Shown here piece after piece: positions 1 through 9,241 of a stretch of 64,000 nt of DNA. The stretch is taken from positions 32,001 through 96,000 of the forward strand of contig JBFWNL010000004.1 in NCBI GenBank assembly GCA_050251055.1, read 5' to 3'. Each line of letters opens with the position of its first letter. The stretch's first letter is position 1. The DNA comes from Bacteriovoracia bacterium. GTDB lineage: Bacteria > Bdellovibrionota > UBA1018 > JBFWNL01. Below the pieces are notes generated by a model, which was not told the DNA's origin, did not search any database, and was given only the letters and a program-made list of their open reading frames with translations. The translations under genes and the position numbers were made by a program.

Positions 1-1
1 C

Positions 2-232
2 GAAGGCTTCGATCCCGCTCGCCTCATGGCGATCGGCTACGCCGACTCGCGTCCCGAAGCTAAGAACCGCACGCTGGCGGGCGCCTGGGACGAAGAAGCT
101 CTGAAAAAAAACCGCCGCGTCGTCATCCACGTTTTCGATCCCAGCGTCGACTCCATTCCTTGGCGCGAAAAAACCGCCGCCCCGCCGCCGCGCGCCGCTG
201 CATCTTCTGGCCCGGCAGAATCTGCCCATTGA
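2..232 (+). CDS. C-terminal fragment of an OmpA/MotB-family peptidoglycan-binding protein (probably flagellar motor MotB), 5'-truncated by the window edge
   Basis: Frame 2 reads EGFDPARLMAIGYADSRP...KNRRVVIHV, matching the OmpA_C/MotB GYADxRP...NRRV motif. Confidence 0.75.
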   Translation, partial: EGFDPARLMAIGYADSRPEAKNRTLAGAWDEEALKKNRRVVIHVFDPSVDSIPWREKTAAPPPRAAASSGPAESAH

Positions 233-279
233 ACTAACCCAGTCCCCCTGGAAATCTAGACAGTGGGAGACTGAAAAAT

Positions 280-1314
280 ATGCGTTGGAATTGCCCTCAC
301 TGTGGAACCACGTTGACCGTATCGGACGATAAGGTAGGCGAGAACTGGTCGTTTTCACGTTGCTACTCTTGCCAAGGCTTCGCGCTGGTGAGGAAATCGC
401 AGGTCAGCATCATTAAAGTTCATCAACCTCCCTCCGGCGAGCAGTACATCGTCACCACTCATCAGCAGGAGCAGGCTTCCGCGACCCACTCCCAAACGCA
501 TCACGACGCACGCCCCGCCGCCCGCCCCGTCGTGCGACCCGTGGTTCGCCAACCGGCGGCCCTGCCCCCGCCGATCGAAGTCGCGCCCGTCATGCACCAG
601 GCTCCTTCTATGCATATGGCCGTTCCCCTGGCGGCCCCGACTGCTCCCAGCCCTACGAAAACGCAGATGTTCACCATATCCGATGGCACGGGCGCCGAGA
701 CGATCACCGTCGCCGCGACTACCTCTAGTCCACGCCGAAAAATGCCGGCCGCGCTCGTACCCATTGGTATCGGGCTTGCGGGCGCTATCGCCATATCGTC
801 GGGAGTTTATCTCTATCAGCAAGGCCAGGCCTTGTTTCAACTGGCGCAAAAACCGATCGCAGCGGAATCCCCCACGGAAATGCAGGTGGCGCGATTGCAA
901 GCCCCCCCCTCGCTCGATCGCATCCCGCAAAGCGCGATGGCGCCCGAGCGCGTGACCGAAATCCGCAGCCTGCCTAAAATCGAGCGCATCGATCCTCCCG
1001 AAGTCCGTCCGGCGGCCCCGATCGCGATCACCAAGCGCGTAGAAGAAAAGCGAGAGGAGTCGGACGACACCCCGGCCATCGAGCCGCGCCCCACCGCGGT
1101 GCAGGTCAAAAACAGTTACGCGAATCTCCGCGCCGGCCCTAGCCTCGAGCATCCCATCGTGGGCGTGGCCGAACCCGGCACGATCTACCTGATCAAGACC
1201 TGGGAGGGGCGCTGGTTCAACATCGTGCCCGAAGATCCCGCGCAGGCGGCGCTTCAAAAGAAATCGATGTGGGTGCGTAATGACCTGGTGGAGACCCTCG
1301 TCTCCACGAATTAA
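280..1314 (+). CDS. Zinc-ribbon / Pro-rich linker / single TM / C-terminal bacterial SH3 domain protein
   Basis: CPHC..CYSC at the N-terminus, TM segment LVPIGIGLAGAIAISSGVYLY, SH3b-like ANLRAGPSLEHPIVG...W...WV; GGGAG RBS. Confidence 0.75.
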   Translation: MRWNCPHCGTTLTVSDDKVGENWSFSRCYSCQGFALVRKSQVSIIKVHQPPSGEQYIVTTHQQEQASATHSQTHHDARPAARPVVRPVVRQPAALPPPIEVAPVMHQAPSMHMAVPLAAPTAPSPTKTQMFTISDGTGAETITVAATTSSPRRKMPAALVPIGIGLAGAIAISSGVYLYQQGQALFQLAQKPIAAESPTEMQVARLQAPPSLDRIPQSAMAPERVTEIRSLPKIERIDPPEVRPAAPIAITKRVEEKREESDDTPAIEPRPTAVQVKNSYANLRAGPSLEHPIVGVAEPGTIYLIKTWEGRWFNIVPEDPAQAALQKKSMWVRNDLVETLVSTN

Positions 1315-1319
1315 GTCGC

Positions 1320-2798
1320 CTAGCGATCCAACCCGATGGGTTCGCAACGCCAAAGGGTCAGCGTTTTCGCCGGAAAGTTTAAACGCCGAAACTCACGCGC
1401 CAGCCGCGGCTGGCAATTTGCCTCGAGAAACCGGGGCGGCTCCGCGTAACGATTGTCCGCCACATAATAAACCGGCTTCAATAGCTTCGGCCATTCGGGG
1501 CCCCATCCGCTCACGGCTTCCGTTTCCGGCCACTCGTCACGCTCGCGAGCGGGGCGCGGAACGCGGGCGACGCCTTCCACGCGCTTGAGCGCGAAGGCCG
1601 CTTGGGCGGCCGTTTGGTACCGGCTCGCTAAGACCACCGGCTCCGTTTCGTCCGGCGCGGCTTCCGCCAGCATCTCGCCAAAGCCCGCCCAACCGACGAG
1701 ATCGTTACTGACGTCCCATTTCGGTTCCAGCTCCTTGCCACTGAAAGTGCGCGAACTCCAAGCCATGAGTGGCAGCTGACAGGAAAGCAAGATAACGACG
1801 ACCCAGCCCAAACCGTAAGCGGCCTGCAGCCGCGGCCACAGGCCATCGACTTCTGACTTTTCAGTCATGCGGCCAATGGCTTCCAAGGCGAGCGGCAGCC
1901 ACGCCGCAAAGATCCAATGCGGTTTAAAATCCGAAAAAAGCGGCTGAATCGCGTAGGCGAGCAGGGGCGGCAAGGCCCAAGCCCACGCGAAGCGCGAGAC
2001 GCGCTCACCCGCGCGTGCGCGGCGCAGGCCGCGCAAAAAAAACCAGACCAACGCCGGTCCGAGCAGCACGAGCTGCAGGATCCAAAAACGCCCGAAGCGC
2101 GCCCAGGAAAGCCCCGTCCCACCATGTCGCTCTTTCATTTGATAAGCGAGCGCGGCCCAGTCGTGGGCGGAATTCCAAAGCACCGTGGGCAAAAGGCCGA
2201 TCGCCGTAGCCACGAGCATTACTCCCAGCCCTGGCGCGCGGGAGCCGGGACGGGAAAAAATCAGGGCGCAAAGCACCGCCGACGCGGCCACCGCCCCCCC
2301 GGAAAGCTTCGCCCACATCGCGATCACGATCCCCGTCGCCAGCCACCCAAAATGCCACCGAGACGACGATCCCGCGGCGATTTCCCAAGCTCCGTTCATC
2401 GCCAGCAGGACGCCCGCGAAGAGCGGCAGATCCGGCACCGCCATCCAGGCAAATCCGTAGAGAAAAGTCGTCCCCAGCCACGCGGCCACCAGCCAGCCCG
2501 GCGACACCGGCACGAACGCGCGCAAAATCCAACGCAACCCCAGGAAGAAAATCAGCGCCGCGTAGACCGCCGACACCAGCCGCACGGAGATTTCGGCCGA
2601 AACCAACCGCTCCGCCAACCAAATCGACCAGACGATGGCGGGCGGGTGGTAGGCGAACCCCCAGTCGGGCCGCTGCGCGAGCACCCAGTAATAAGCTTCG
2701 TCGTCTGAGAGCCCGAACGAATTCCCGAAGATGAGGTAGAAACCAAAGACCCCAAGCGTGGACCAGGCCAGCCAACGCGGCAGAGGGGCGATGCGCAT
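1320..2798 (-). CDS. GT-C fold glycosyltransferase (family 39, ArnT/PMT-like)
   Basis: DDEAYYW...AYHPP motif, multiple TM helices, PD and K motifs typical of PMT_2. Confidence 0.85.
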   Translation of the reverse strand: MRIAPLPRWLAWSTLGVFGFYLIFGNSFGLSDDEAYYWVLAQRPDWGFAYHPPAIVWSIWLAERLVSAEISVRLVSAVYAALIFFLGLRWILRAFVPVSPGWLVAAWLGTTFLYGFAWMAVPDLPLFAGVLLAMNGAWEIAAGSSSRWHFGWLATGIVIAMWAKLSGGAVAASAVLCALIFSRPGSRAPGLGVMLVATAIGLLPTVLWNSAHDWAALAYQMKERHGGTGLSWARFGRFWILQLVLLGPALVWFFLRGLRRARAGERVSRFAWAWALPPLLAYAIQPLFSDFKPHWIFAAWLPLALEAIGRMTEKSEVDGLWPRLQAAYGLGWVVVILLSCQLPLMAWSSRTFSGKELEPKWDVSNDLVGWAGFGEMLAEAAPDETEPVVLASRYQTAAQAAFALKRVEGVARVPRPARERDEWPETEAVSGWGPEWPKLLKPVYYVADNRYAEPPRFLEANCQPRLAREFRRLNFPAKTLTLWRCEPIGLDR

Positions 2799-3722
2799 TT
2801 AACTTCTACCGGCCACCGGATCCGGCGTCTTCACTTGCGGATCCGGAACGCGGAACTGAATAACGGTCTCGATGCCGGAGAGGAAGTGATTCCAGTACTC
2901 TTCGGCCCGCTGCGGATTGGTCGACGGGAGCTCCAGGGTAAGCGTGGGAATGCCGCGCTCTTGGCCGGTGTAATTTCCGAGCGAACCTGGATAAAAACCG
3001 CCCGAGTGGGCGTTCACGTGCTGCCGCAGCTGCAGGCACTTCGTTACGTACTCGGAAGGGAACTTCGCGAGCGCAAGCACGTCGGGGCCGTCATAGTCCA
3101 TGAAATTCAGTGGCGAATGCACGGAGATGATCTTATTGGGCTTGTACTCGGAAATCAGCTTCGCCTGGAACTGCGTTTCCGGCTCTGACTCGGCTTGCTT
3201 GCCGGGAAAATAACGGGGATCCGCGCGATACTTCTTCTTCCACATCCTGGTCGCATCCTTCGCCCAGTCCGCGGTATTGAAATTACGGTTCACATCCACT
3301 TTGTTCGCATTCGTGCGCGTCCGCGGGTGGCGATAAAAGCCGTCCGGATTCACCAGCGGGGCGATCACGATGCGCGTTCCCGGGTATTTGGAAGTGTTCG
3401 CCTCCAGCCAATCCATCAGGCGCAGACCCAGGAAGAGCGGAGTGGTTTCGTCGCCGTGGACCATCGAAAATACGAGCGTGGTGTTCTTCGCGTTCGGATC
3501 GCCGAACTCACGGAAAACCAACGGGCGCCCCTTCACCGAACGCCCTCCCACGCGCATGTCCTTAAATTGGCAGGCGTCGAGCTTCCACTTGAATTTCTTG
3601 AGCTCCGGGTTCAGCTCCTGGCACCACTTCTTCAGATCCTCGTCGGCCCCGATCATCGCGGAACCCGTGAGGGAAACCAGCATGGCCACGGCCAGCGCGG
3701 CGCCCGGCAGTCGCCGCTTCAT
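2799..3722 (-). CDS. mpaA: M14 zinc carboxypeptidase, murein peptide amidase A-like, secreted
   Basis: HGDE, NPDG, R-N..VDVNRNF, SEPET, SVH, PGSLG, TLELP motifs; start at MKRR (ATG 3722) overlaps the dedA stop (ATGA) and is followed by a signal peptide. Confidence 0.75.
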   Translation of the reverse strand: MKRRLPGAALAVAMLVSLTGSAMIGADEDLKKWCQELNPELKKFKWKLDACQFKDMRVGGRSVKGRPLVFREFGDPNAKNTTLVFSMVHGDETTPLFLGLRLMDWLEANTSKYPGTRIVIAPLVNPDGFYRHPRTRTNANKVDVNRNFNTADWAKDATRMWKKKYRADPRYFPGKQAESEPETQFQAKLISEYKPNKIISVHSPLNFMDYDGPDVLALAKFPSEYVTKCLQLRQHVNAHSGGFYPGSLGNYTGQERGIPTLTLELPSTNPQRAEEYWNHFLSGIETVIQFRVPDPQVKTPDPVAGRS

Positions 3723-4348
3723 GGCTTCACCACCCGTTGGCTGCGGGAATTGAGGTACCATTTCAAGGTGAGGATCAACGCCACCGAGATGATCACGAAG
3801 ATGATCCCGTGCTCGACCCGGCGGATCACTTTAATAATGTGATCGACTTCGTCGCCAAAATAATAAACGGAGTAGACGATGGCGGGCACGCTGATCAGCG
3901 AAGCCAAACCATCGTAGAAGAAAAAGATCCGGAACGGCAGGTGCAGGGTGCCGGCGGAGAAAAAGATCGGCATGCGCAACCCCGGCATGAAACGCGCGGC
4001 GAAGATCACCTTGTTGCCCTGGTTGTGGAGTTTCTTCTGGACCATGTCCAAGCGCTCCGGAGGCAGCAGCTTCCGGAAGAGCCAAAACCGGTTCACCAGC
4101 TTGCGGCCGTGTTTGTGCCCTAGGTAAAAAATCGCGCTATCGCCCAGCAGCACACCCACCAAAGAGATGAGAACCATTACAAAAACATTCGACTCTTCCG
4201 GGAACAAATGGGCGTAGTAACCCGCGCCGAACAACACGATGTCCTCGGGAACGGGCAAGCCAAAACCGCAAGCCAGGAGCGTCCCGAATAGAAGCAGGTA
4301 CGCGTTCGTCCCGGAGATGTTGAACATGAAGTCGACTAGCTTATCCAT
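3719..4348 (-). CDS. DedA family membrane protein
   Basis: GLPVPED, LGDS..FYLG and ARFMPGLR...AG signature. Confidence 0.9.
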   Translation of the reverse strand: MDKLVDFMFNISGTNAYLLLFGTLLACGFGLPVPEDIVLFGAGYYAHLFPEESNVFVMVLISLVGVLLGDSAIFYLGHKHGRKLVNRFWLFRKLLPPERLDMVQKKLHNQGNKVIFAARFMPGLRMPIFFSAGTLHLPFRIFFFYDGLASLISVPAIVYSVYYFGDEVDHIIKVIRRVEHGIIFVIISVALILTLKWYLNSRSQRVVKP

Positions 4349-4439
4349 ATAGAAAACGTCCGCAAAAGACGGCGGAAATCAGTATTCCACTAGGCGCGAA
4401 AATCGGGGAGGAAAAAAGCGAACGAATCAATATACTCGG

Positions 4440-5303
4440 TCATTTTACGCGCGCTCTTTGGTTGAGCGGGTGGGACTTCATATACTCGTCCGTGAGCGTC
4501 CCCAGATCCAGGTGCGTGTATTTCTGCGTGGTGGAAAGACGCGCGTGCCCCAGCAGCTCTTGAATGCTTCTTAAATCGGCGCCGGCCACCAAGAGATGGG
4601 TGGCAAAACTATGACGTAAGACGTGCGGTGAAGCCTCCGTGTGCGAAAGCGCGCGGATCAGGTGCCGTGACAATATTCTCGCTACGCTTCTCGCCGACAA
4701 GCGCGTGCCCCGGAAATTCACGAACAGCGGACCGCGGGCGAGACCCCGAGCCCGCAAGGCCTCGACATAGATCGTGAGCGCCTCCCGGGCCGGACGCCCG
4801 AAGGGCACGCTCCGTTGCTTGTTTCCCTTGCCCAAAACCCGTAGCCATTCCCGGGAAAGATCGACATCTGCTAGGTCCAACCCCACCGCTTCGCTCACGC
4901 GCAGCCCACAGCCGTAAAGCACTTCCAAAAGCGCGCGGTCACGCTGGCCCAGAAAACCCGAATCATCCGGCTGCTTCATGGAATCCAGCAGCTGCGCTAA
5001 GTCCTCGAGCTTCAGGAACTTTGGCAGGGGCTTTTCCCCCTTAGGGCTGGGGATCAACGCCCCGACATCGCGCTCGATCTCCCCCCGTTGACGCAAGAAG
5101 CGCAGGAAGGCTCGAATGGCGGCGAGCTTGCGGTTGATGGAAGATCTCTCATGCGTTTCAAACAGGGCCGCGAGATAGGACCTAAGGTGCTTCGCGTTAT
5201 ATCTTTTGGAGAAATCCGCTAAACTCCGAATATTATTTAACTTAAGGCTCTCAAACCACTGCCTAAGGTCGGCCTCGTAGGCGCGCCGGGTGTGGACGCT
5301 CAT
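4440..5303 (-). CDS. xerC: Tyrosine recombinase XerC (true start probably further upstream, see findings)
   Basis: RDRALLEVLYGCGLRVSE, GKGNKQR, HVLRHSFATHLL..GADLRSIQELLGH..LSTTQKYTH; adjacent to trmFO. Confidence 0.85.
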   Translation of the reverse strand: MSVHTRRAYEADLRQWFESLKLNNIRSLADFSKRYNAKHLRSYLAALFETHERSSINRKLAAIRAFLRFLRQRGEIERDVGALIPSPKGEKPLPKFLKLEDLAQLLDSMKQPDDSGFLGQRDRALLEVLYGCGLRVSEAVGLDLADVDLSREWLRVLGKGNKQRSVPFGRPAREALTIYVEALRARGLARGPLFVNFRGTRLSARSVARILSRHLIRALSHTEASPHVLRHSFATHLLVAGADLRSIQELLGHARLSTTQKYTHLDLGTLTDEYMKSHPLNQRARVK

Positions 5304-5391
5304 CCCGCGCTGCTCGCAGCTTTCGATATACCGTTGGATGTACCGCTGAATCCAGTCTTCGATTGAGTCAGTCTATGGTATGCCGCAGGGC

Positions 5392-6774
5392 ATGTCAAAA
5401 CTGGGTCCGGTCCATATTATCGGCGCGGGGCTCGCCGGCTCCGAAGCGGCCTATTTCCTGGCCCGCCACGGGGTGAAGGTCCACCTTCACGAGATGCGCC
5501 CCGTGCGCATGACCGAAGCCCATAAGACCGAAAAATTCGCCGAACTGGTTTGCAGCAATTCATTGAAATCACTCTCCCACGAGTCCGCGCCCGGCATGCT
5601 GAAGGCCGAAATGCGCGCGCTGGGCTCGCTCGTGCTCCAAGCGGGCGAGAAGGCTGCCGTGCCCGCGGGCGAAGCGCTGGGAGTCGACCGCGAGGTTTTC
5701 TCCGAGCTCATCACGGCCGTATTGAGCTCACATCCGAACATCACGATCGAACGCGGCGAGATGTCCGAACCCCCCGCGGGCGGGCCCACGCTCATCGCGA
5801 CGGGACCGCTGACCTCGCCAGCGCTGGGCAAGTGGCTCGCCACCGCGACCGGCGCCGACGACCTTTATTTTTACGACGCCATCGCACCCATTATCGACGC
5901 CACGAGCGTCGACATGAACCACGCTTTTCTGGCGAATCGCTACGACAAGGGCGAAGAACAGGCGTATTTGAATTGCCCACTCACCGAGCCGGAATACGAA
6001 AAATTCATCGACGCTTTGCTCGCCGCGGAAAAGGTCCCGCCGAAATCCTTTGAAAAAGAAATCCTCTTCCAAGGCTGCCAGCCGATCGAGTCGATTGCGG
6101 CCGGCGGGCGCGAAAGCCTGCGCTTTGGTCCCATGAAGCCGGTGGGCCTCACCGATCCCCGCACCGGACGCCGACCGTACGCCGTCGTGCAGCTTCGACC
6201 GGAAAATCGTTCGCGCACGGCCTACAATCTGGTGGGCTTTCAAACGAAGCTGAAGTACGGCGAGCAAAAGCGCGTTTTCGCGCATATCCCGGCATTAGCC
6301 AACGCCGAGTTCTTGCGTCTGGGCTCCATCCACCGCAACACGTACGTGTGCGGCCCGAAGGTTCTGCGCACTGACCTTTCGCTGAAAGGCCATCCGCTGG
6401 TATATCTTGCCGGACAGGTGACGGGCGTCGAAGGCTACGTCGAGTCGTCCGCTTGCGGGCTGCTGGCGGGACTTTTCATGCTTCAGCGCCTGGAAGGCCG
6501 GCCCCACGCGACCCCGCCGATCAACACGGCGCTGGGGGCGCTGCTGAAGCACGTCACTCAATCCGATCCGGCGAACTACCAACCGGGCAACATCCACTTC
6601 GGGCTCTTCGATCCTATTTTCTTCGAAAATCTCGTCGACAAGCGCCGCGACGATGTCCGCAAGGGCATGGCCGCGCAGGCGATCGTGAACTTCGACCGCT
6701 GGCTGGCTTCTATGCCGGGAATCCAGAAATCAAAGGGCCCGGAAGAATCATTCCCCCGGGCCCACACGAGTTAA
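5392..6774 (+). CDS. trmFO: Methylenetetrahydrofolate-tRNA-(uracil-5-)-methyltransferase TrmFO (Gid)
   Basis: IIGAGLAGSEAA, ELVCSNS, FYDAIAPI, FGPMKPVGL, AGQVTGVEGY motifs; start ATG 5392 (5380 also in frame). Confidence 0.95.
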   Translation: MSKLGPVHIIGAGLAGSEAAYFLARHGVKVHLHEMRPVRMTEAHKTEKFAELVCSNSLKSLSHESAPGMLKAEMRALGSLVLQAGEKAAVPAGEALGVDREVFSELITAVLSSHPNITIERGEMSEPPAGGPTLIATGPLTSPALGKWLATATGADDLYFYDAIAPIIDATSVDMNHAFLANRYDKGEEQAYLNCPLTEPEYEKFIDALLAAEKVPPKSFEKEILFQGCQPIESIAAGGRESLRFGPMKPVGLTDPRTGRRPYAVVQLRPENRSRTAYNLVGFQTKLKYGEQKRVFAHIPALANAEFLRLGSIHRNTYVCGPKVLRTDLSLKGHPLVYLAGQVTGVEGYVESSACGLLAGLFMLQRLEGRPHATPPINTALGALLKHVTQSDPANYQPGNIHFGLFDPIFFENLVDKRRDDVRKGMAAQAIVNFDRWLASMPGIQKSKGPEESFPRAHTS

Positions 6775-6804
6775 GACAGTAACGATTACAAGAACGACTA
6801 GAGA

Positions 6805-7596
6805 CTAGTTCACCGTCAAGCGCGCGCGCTTGCGGTTCAAGTCATACATATGCTTTTGGAACTTGGCGTATGCCTTCTTGTCGGTCGGCATCACGTCGGT
6901 CCAGGCGATCGAAGCCGACTGCACCGAGCGTACGCGAGCGCCGGCCAGGGCTGGACCCATCGCCGGGTTGAGCGCTTGGCTTGCGTCCACGAAGAACGCA
7001 ATCCCGCTCGTGCCCGGAGCGACGCCGGTATAGATGCCGGCCACGCCCTGAACGCCGTTGCCAAAGTTAAAGCTCGGGAAGAAGTTGATCGGCACGCCGA
7101 TGCCCGTGTTGAGCTGATCGATTCCGATCGCGACCCCGGCGACCGCCACTCCTTGGCCCAAGGCCAGGTAGACGCGGCTATTCGTGCTACCGCCCAGCGG
7201 GAAGACGAACACGGGGTTATTGCCGAGGCTGACTGGCAGCATCGTGCCGTTCGGTAAGAGCGCGTCGCCGACCTGAGCACCCGAAGCTTCGGTCACGTTG
7301 ATCGAAGCGACGAGCTCGGTTCCGCCCCCGCCACCAAGGACGGGACGAAGCGCGACGCTTCCATAAACGTGGTTCGGGTCATTGCGGTCCAAGATCGGAA
7401 TTTCGATCGTGGGAAGCATCAAGGCTCCCGTGCCCATCGTAGCCACGAACGAAACATAGGTATCGCCGTTCATCTGCGAGGTGTTCAGCTGGACATTGCG
7501 GATGAATCCGCCACCCTGGCCGCCTCCACCGCAGCCCATGAGCGCGACGCTCAAGGCAAACACCGATCCCACTAAGGACTTTTGAATCCCTCTCAT
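6805..7596 (-). CDS. Hypothetical lipoprotein, beta-rich
   Basis: AGGAGG RBS, lipobox LMGC, clean 263-aa ORF. Confidence 0.7.
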   Translation of the reverse strand: MRGIQKSLVGSVFALSVALMGCGGGGQGGGFIRNVQLNTSQMNGDTYVSFVATMGTGALMLPTIEIPILDRNDPNHVYGSVALRPVLGGGGGTELVASINVTEASGAQVGDALLPNGTMLPVSLGNNPVFVFPLGGSTNSRVYLALGQGVAVAGVAIGIDQLNTGIGVPINFFPSFNFGNGVQGVAGIYTGVAPGTSGIAFFVDASQALNPAMGPALAGARVRSVQSASIAWTDVMPTDKKAYAKFQKHMYDLNRKRARLTVN

Positions 7597-7617
7597 ATAC
7601 CACCCTCCTGTTGTAGA

Positions 7618-7641
7618 TATTGTTAAATTAGATTAACAATA
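7618..7641. promoter_or_regulatory. Perfect 9-bp inverted repeat, candidate operator
   Basis: TATTGTTAA-N6-TTAACAATA in the AT-rich region just upstream of the 7596 start. Confidence 0.4.
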
Positions 7642-7739
7642 ATTGGATAATTTAACTGAACCGATTTTATCAGTCAATTAAAATGTATAGATCCTTCGGG
7701 ATGGCTATTGAAATACTTTACTCAAATATTCTTGATGAA

Positions 7740-8231
7740 CTAAACTAGTTGAGATGAAGAGGCTTTTTCTTTTTTTCGGATATAGACCGTATTCGCGACC
7801 TCAGCCACGACACGGCCGCGCTTATCTTTAAACGAGTAGAAAAACGTATGAGTGGAAGACCCCTTCGACTGGAGTGCAGTTTTGATCTGACTCACGTCAT
7901 CCTCAGAGATCGTCACAATCAGGTCCAGCCTTCCTTTACCGGGCTTCAGGAACTCGACCTTCTGTGATTTCGTCCAAACCTGCGTCCCAGGGATAATCCG
8001 CGCCAATAGAAGCACCGGCAAAGGGTCCGACACGGCGCAGATAAAACCCCCAAAAATCGTCCCGTGCATATTGCCGCTGTACCAGCGCTGGGGGAGCTGC
8101 AGGTGGAGCTTACGGTAATCCTTCGCCACGCTCTTCACGGTCACCCCCATGAAAAAGAAAGGCGGGTAGAGTTCGAGCAGCTTTTTTTCCGGGAGAAGTT
8201 TCAGCCCGCTGAGGAAGTTCACGAAGTTCAT
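7740..8231 (-). CDS. Hotdog-fold thioesterase-like protein (DUF4442/PaaI-like)
   Basis: YPPFFFMGV, NMHGTIFGG...DP, VEFLKPG; start set at MNFVNF because the longer ORF overlaps prs. Confidence 0.8.
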   Translation of the reverse strand: MNFVNFLSGLKLLPEKKLLELYPPFFFMGVTVKSVAKDYRKLHLQLPQRWYSGNMHGTIFGGFICAVSDPLPVLLLARIIPGTQVWTKSQKVEFLKPGKGRLDLIVTISEDDVSQIKTALQSKGSSTHTFFYSFKDKRGRVVAEVANTVYIRKKEKASSSQLV

Positions 8232-8280
8232 GGCTGCCCTCATTATTGCACGATTCCGGTAGATGGGATAGCAATCCCAA

Positions 8281-9231
8281 ATGCGAAAAAGAGACTGGAT
8301 CGTGCTGTCTGGCAACTCCAACCCGGGACTTGCCCAAGCCGTCTGCCAAACGCTCGACAAGCCGCTCGCGAAGGCCGAAGTGAAGCGCTTCAGTGACGGC
8401 GAAGTCTTCATCGAGATCGGCGAAAACGTACGCGGCCGGGATGCGTACATCATTCAGAGCACGTGCCCACCCACGAACGATAACCTGATGGAACTCCTGA
8501 TCATGATCGACGCGCTCAAGCGCGCCAGCGCGAAGGAGATCACCGCGATCCTCCCATACTTCGGTTATGCGCGCCAAGACCGCAAGGTCGCGCCGCGCAC
8601 GCCGATCACGGCGCGTCTCGTGGCCGATCTGATCGCCAAAGCCGGCGCCACCCGCGTGGTCGCCGTCGACCTGCACGCGGGACAGATCCAAGGCTTCTTC
8701 GACATTCCTTCCGACAACCTGTTCGCGATGCCCGTGCTGCTCGACTACATCAAGAACGAGCTCACGAAGCATGCTCCGCTCGTGATGGTCAGCCCCGACG
8801 CCGGAGGCGTGGAGCGCGCGCGCGCCTACGCCAAACGCATCGATGCCACTGTCGCCATGATCGATAAGCGCCGCCTGCGCGCCAACGAAGCCAAGGCCAT
8901 GAACGTGGTCGGTGACGTAAAGGACATGACGGCCGTGCTGATCGACGACATGATCGACACCGCCGGCACCCTCACCGAGGCCGCCCACGCCGTGATGAAA
9001 AACGGGGCTAAAGCCGTTTACGCGGTGGCCACCCACGGCGTGCTCTCGGGCCCCGCCGTGAAGCGCATCCAGGAATCCATCATCCAACAGGTGATCGTCA
9101 CCGATACGATCCCGCTCAGCCCGGAAGCCGCGGCCTGCGGAAAGATCAAGCAGATCTCCATGGCGAAGGTACTGGCCCAGGCGATCGAGCGCATCCGCAA
9201 CTACGACAGCTTGAGCAACCTGTTCGTCTAA
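8281..9231 (+). CDS. prs: Ribose-phosphate pyrophosphokinase
   Basis: RFSDGE, PYFGYARQDRK, DLHAGQIQGFF, VSPDAGGVERAR, DDMIDTAGT. Confidence 0.97.
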   Translation: MRKRDWIVLSGNSNPGLAQAVCQTLDKPLAKAEVKRFSDGEVFIEIGENVRGRDAYIIQSTCPPTNDNLMELLIMIDALKRASAKEITAILPYFGYARQDRKVAPRTPITARLVADLIAKAGATRVVAVDLHAGQIQGFFDIPSDNLFAMPVLLDYIKNELTKHAPLVMVSPDAGGVERARAYAKRIDATVAMIDKRRLRANEAKAMNVVGDVKDMTAVLIDDMIDTAGTLTEAAHAVMKNGAKAVYAVATHGVLSGPAVKRIQESIIQQVIVTDTIPLSPEAAACGKIKQISMAKVLAQAIERIRNYDSLSNLFV

Positions 9232-9241
9232 AGGTGAGCGC

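Noticed and set aside
355-1353. Long antisense or alternate-frame ORFs (e.g. 355-1353, 8110-9267, 9802-10605, 11788-12726, 30353-31438, 33550-34374)
   Set aside because: Shadow ORFs opposite well-supported genes, Arg/Gly/Ala-rich and motif-free, as expected in high-GC DNA
4440-5303. Tyrosine recombinase as a phage or island integrase
   Set aside because: Size, motifs and trmFO linkage fit housekeeping XerC; no att sites or mobile cargo adjacent
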